From assembly GCA_964539515.1 (NCBI GenBank), contig CAZIJO010000001.1, positions 33,172-97,171 of the forward strand: 64,000 bases of DNA, in the 5' to 3' direction. Below are positions 61,511-64,000 of the stretch, one piece after another (positions within the stretch are counted from its first letter, which is position 1; every line of letters begins with the position of its first letter). The notes under the pieces are model-generated. The model was not told the DNA's origin, did no database searches, and was given only the letters and a program-made list of their open reading frames with translations. Source of the DNA: an uncultured Bifidobacterium sp. (GTDB lineage: Bacteria > Verrucomicrobiota > Verrucomicrobiia > Limisphaerales > JADLHS01). The position numbers were made by a program, and so were the translations under genes.

Positions 61511-63196
61511 ATGACTATGCGCAACCTCTGGAATAATCCTCCTTTTCTGACCTCGCCGAAACTGGCGGTCGCAGCCGCCTTGGCCATGCTGACTTTGCTT
61601 CCCGCCGCAACTGGCGCGGACCAGCCCAAGCCAGCTGCGGCGCAACCCACCGACGCAAGCCAGGAATCTTTTGTCGGCCTCCAGCCGGGGCTGGGCAGTC
61701 TGCCGTTGCTCGGCCGGGGTCGCACCCGGTCGATCTCCGCTGAGAATCCGACGGGCGAGAAGGGGAAGGGCGGCATGGCGATTCCCAATCCGACCGAGCC
61801 CAAGCCTGCGGCGAGCGCCCGGGCCGCCGACGACCTCGGGCAGGATTGGAAAGTCCGGCCGTTCATTCGGGTGAACGCCCGGGAGACCGCGGTCCTCATG
61901 GATGTGACCGGCTCCGGGATCATCCAGCACATCTGGCTGGTCGAGGGCCTCAATCGCGGCCTGGTCATCCGGTTCTATTGGGACGGTGAGGATACGCCGT
62001 CGGTGGAGGCGCCCGCCCCGGACTTCTTCGCGGTGGGTCACGGCCGGTTCGCGCCGGTGAACTCCCTGCCGGTCGTGGTCAATCCCGCGAACGCCCTGAA
62101 TTGTTTCTGGCCCATGCCGTTTCGGACACGCGCCCGGATCACCCTGTCCAATGAAACCGACAAGGATGTTGAGTTGGTGGCCTACCAGATCACCTACGTG
62201 GAGACCGAGGTGCCCGCCAATGCCGGGACGTTCCACGCCCAGTATCGCCGGTCGCCCACGGCCGATCGGAATCCCTACACCATCCTCGACGGCGTGAAAG
62301 GCCAGGGACGGTACGTCGGGACCTTCCTCGCCTGGACGCAAATGGAGAAAGGCTGGTTCGGCGAAGGCGAGATAAAGTTTTACATGGACGGCGATGAGCG
62401 GTTTCCGACGATCTGTGGCACGGGCACCGAGGATTACTTCCTTGGCAGCTACGGCTTCCCCAAGCCCTTCACGACGGCTTACTCGGGGACCGTGCTGCCC
62501 ACTTCCGACGGCGACGCACCGCCCAACTTCTGGAGCCTTTACCGTTGGCACATTCAGGACCCGATCAATTTTGCGCAGGACTTGCGTGTCACCATTCAGG
62601 CGTTGGGCTGGGGCCCGAACGGCAAATACAAGAAGCTCGCCGACGACATCGCCTCGGTCGCCTATTGGTACCAGGCCGAGCCGCATGCGCCGTTTCCGAA
62701 ACTCCCGTCGCTCGCCGAGCGGCTGCGCGAGGCCAAACGTCCGCCGCTCAAGCTTCCGGGCGCCATCGAATGCGAGTCGCTGGCGATCGTTGATCGGAGT
62801 CCGGGAATCACCGCGGAGGCGCAGGACCTGACCGCCTTCGGTAACGGTTGGAGCGGTGATGCCCAGTTATTCGTCCGGGCGCAGAATGTCGGTGACTTTG
62901 TGGAACTCGCGATCCCGGCGCCGGAGGCGGGCGCGAGGAAAATCGTGCTCCATGCCACGCGGGCTGTGGATTATGGAAACCTCCGGTTCACGGTGAACGG
63001 GAAAAATGCCAGCGTGAAATTCGACGGTTACGCGGCGCAGCCCGTGCCCACGGGACCGATCAACCTCGGGGTCCATGAGGCGAAGGAGGGAAAATTCATC
63101 CTGCGGATCGAGGTGGTGGGGACGAATCCCGCCGCGACCGGCGCGAAATACTTTTTCGGCCTCGACGCGGTAGTCCTGCTTGAAGGCAATTTGTAG
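61511..63196 (+). CDS. DUF2961 / GH172-family protein with C-terminal beta-sandwich
   Basis: ATG 61511 with signal LAVAAALAMLTLLPAATGA. RSISAENPTGEKGKGGMA, GSGIIQHIWL, IRFYWDGEDTPSVEAPAPDFF, GEGEIKFYMDGD, GTGTEDYF are hallmark DUF2961 segments. Confidence 0.85.
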   Translation: MTMRNLWNNPPFLTSPKLAVAAALAMLTLLPAATGADQPKPAAAQPTDASQESFVGLQPGLGSLPLLGRGRTRSISAENPTGEKGKGGMAIPNPTEPKPAASARAADDLGQDWKVRPFIRVNARETAVLMDVTGSGIIQHIWLVEGLNRGLVIRFYWDGEDTPSVEAPAPDFFAVGHGRFAPVNSLPVVVNPANALNCFWPMPFRTRARITLSNETDKDVELVAYQITYVETEVPANAGTFHAQYRRSPTADRNPYTILDGVKGQGRYVGTFLAWTQMEKGWFGEGEIKFYMDGDERFPTICGTGTEDYFLGSYGFPKPFTTAYSGTVLPTSDGDAPPNFWSLYRWHIQDPINFAQDLRVTIQALGWGPNGKYKKLADDIASVAYWYQAEPHAPFPKLPSLAERLREAKRPPLKLPGAIECESLAIVDRSPGITAEAQDLTAFGNGWSGDAQLFVRAQNVGDFVELAIPAPEAGARKIVLHATRAVDYGNLRFTVNGKNASVKFDGYAAQPVPTGPINLGVHEAKEGKFILRIEVVGTNPAATGAKYFFGLDAVVLLEGNL

Positions 63197-63272
63197 CCTC
63201 GGGCCGCTGGACTGACGTAGGGGGGCGTGCTTCTCGCCGCCCGGAATGGTGAACCTAAACTTTGAGAGGCTC

Positions 63273-63357
63273 TTCAAAACTGTAGCAGCGAACGTCAGTT
63301 CGCTCTAATTATCCAGAAGTATGAGCCGACATACGTCGGCTGCTACGGAGTTTTGAA
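63273..63357. repeat. Composite palindromic REP/BIME-like element (two inverted hairpin units)
   Basis: Outer arms TTCAAAACTGTAGCAGC / GCTGCTACGGAGTTTTGAA. Inner perfect hairpins GCGAAC-GTCA-GTTCGC (63289-63304) and GCCGAC-ATAC-GTCGGC (63325-63340). Confidence 0.8.
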
Positions 63358-63542
63358 CCCGAACCCCGAAGTAGTGGCGGGTCTCCCGGCCTGCCTTCCG
63401 TGGCTTCCAGCCCGGCAGGAAAAGCTGCACCGGGCAAAGGTGACGCGGGAATCTGGACCGGCGCATTCACATCGACGCCTCATCCGGGCAGGCAAGGATG
63501 CCCGCCGCTACCTTTCTCTGCTCACCGGTATCTGCTGAATGG

Positions 63543-64000
63543 TCACTGTACCCCGACGCGATAGAAGTAAGGCCCGGCATTGGTCGCGCTTGGGTCGGTG
63601 AAACTCTTTACACCGGCAACTCCCACAATGTTCGTGGCGATGGTTTGAAATGGCGAAGCAAGACCCAGATTGGTTGCGCGCTCCAGCCAGTAGTTGCGCG
63701 TGGAAACACTTTGCCATGTCACTTCAGCCCCTGTCGGACTGTTCGTAGCGTTGACCATTCTCAAACTGGAAAGTGAGTTGGTAGGATTCGTATCGGAACG
63801 CCACTCGCCATAGTTATTCATGCCATCGCCATCGGCATCGGTGAAATCTGCTGAGCCATCCGTTGGCAAGCCGTTCTGTTGCGCCCAGGCATACGAGAGG
63901 ATCGAAGCAGGCGCTTGAAATTCATAAGCGCCGATGTCCACCGTACCACCAGCGATTCGCGGGTTGCCGTCCAGATCAGGTCCGGCGGGCGCGGAGGTGT
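63543..64000 (-). CDS. 3' part of a large beta-helix/choice-of-anchor-type secreted protein, 5' end outside the window
   Basis: The reverse frame is open to the window edge (...[23 protein letters not shown]...). [13 protein letters not shown] calcium-type repeat. C-terminal sorting-domain-like tail ending YFYRVGVQ. Confidence 0.75.
   Translation of the reverse strand, partial: TSAPAGPDLDGNPRIAGGTVDIGAYEFQAPASILSYAWAQQNGLPTDGSADFTDADGDGMNNYGEWRSDTNPTNSLSSLRMVNATNSPTGAEVTWQSVSTRNYWLERATNLGLASPFQTIATNIVGVAGVKSFTDPSATNAGPYFYRVGVQ

Overview
High-GC bacterial chromosomal segment, roughly 60-67% GC in hand-counted lines. The gene content looks PVC/Verrucomicrobiota-like: a prepilin-type [19 protein letters not shown]-terminus, paired PSCyt/DUF1549/DUF1553 + DUF1501 genes, SBBP beta-propeller repeats, and many Tat/Sec-signal glycoside hydrolases. 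Almost all genes are on the + strand, and several pairs are translationally coupled through ATGA/GTGA/TTGA overlaps. Reading left to right: (1) a NapG/NapH-like periplasmic-ferredoxin plus membrane-polyferredoxin pair sits between beta-propeller proteins. (2) A NuoE-NuoF fusion and a NuoG-N-terminus/GltD-like protein follow; the flavoprotein carries two in-frame palindromic repeat insertions. (3) An envelope/lipid block contains YbjQ, an HpnN-like MMPL/RND exporter, an unusual 'WPFY'-repeat lipoprotein and MlaE-MlaF-MlaD. (4) A Sec-signal beta-helix protein is coupled to a 2194-aa RHS polymorphic toxin. The lower-GC C-terminal tip of the RHS protein has the full motif set of Tle1/DUF2235 phospholipases. 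A candidate lipoprotein immunity gene lies downstream, separated from the toxin by a ~450-bp insert that holds a transposase remnant and is flanked by a 15-bp direct repeat. (5) Next come an SBBP-repeat protein, an RlmI-like methyltransferase, DUF983 and an orphan ABC-2 permease. (6) A polysaccharide-degradation region contains a 1575-aa multi-module GH, a GH172/DUF2961 protein, an NPCBM-containing protein, a LamG-tailed protein, and two tandem DUF1549/1553 + DUF1501 pairs. No rRNA, tRNA or CRISPR array was found. All calls come from reading the sequence and ORF translations and from motif recognition only. No homology search was run, so start codons and family names are provisional.
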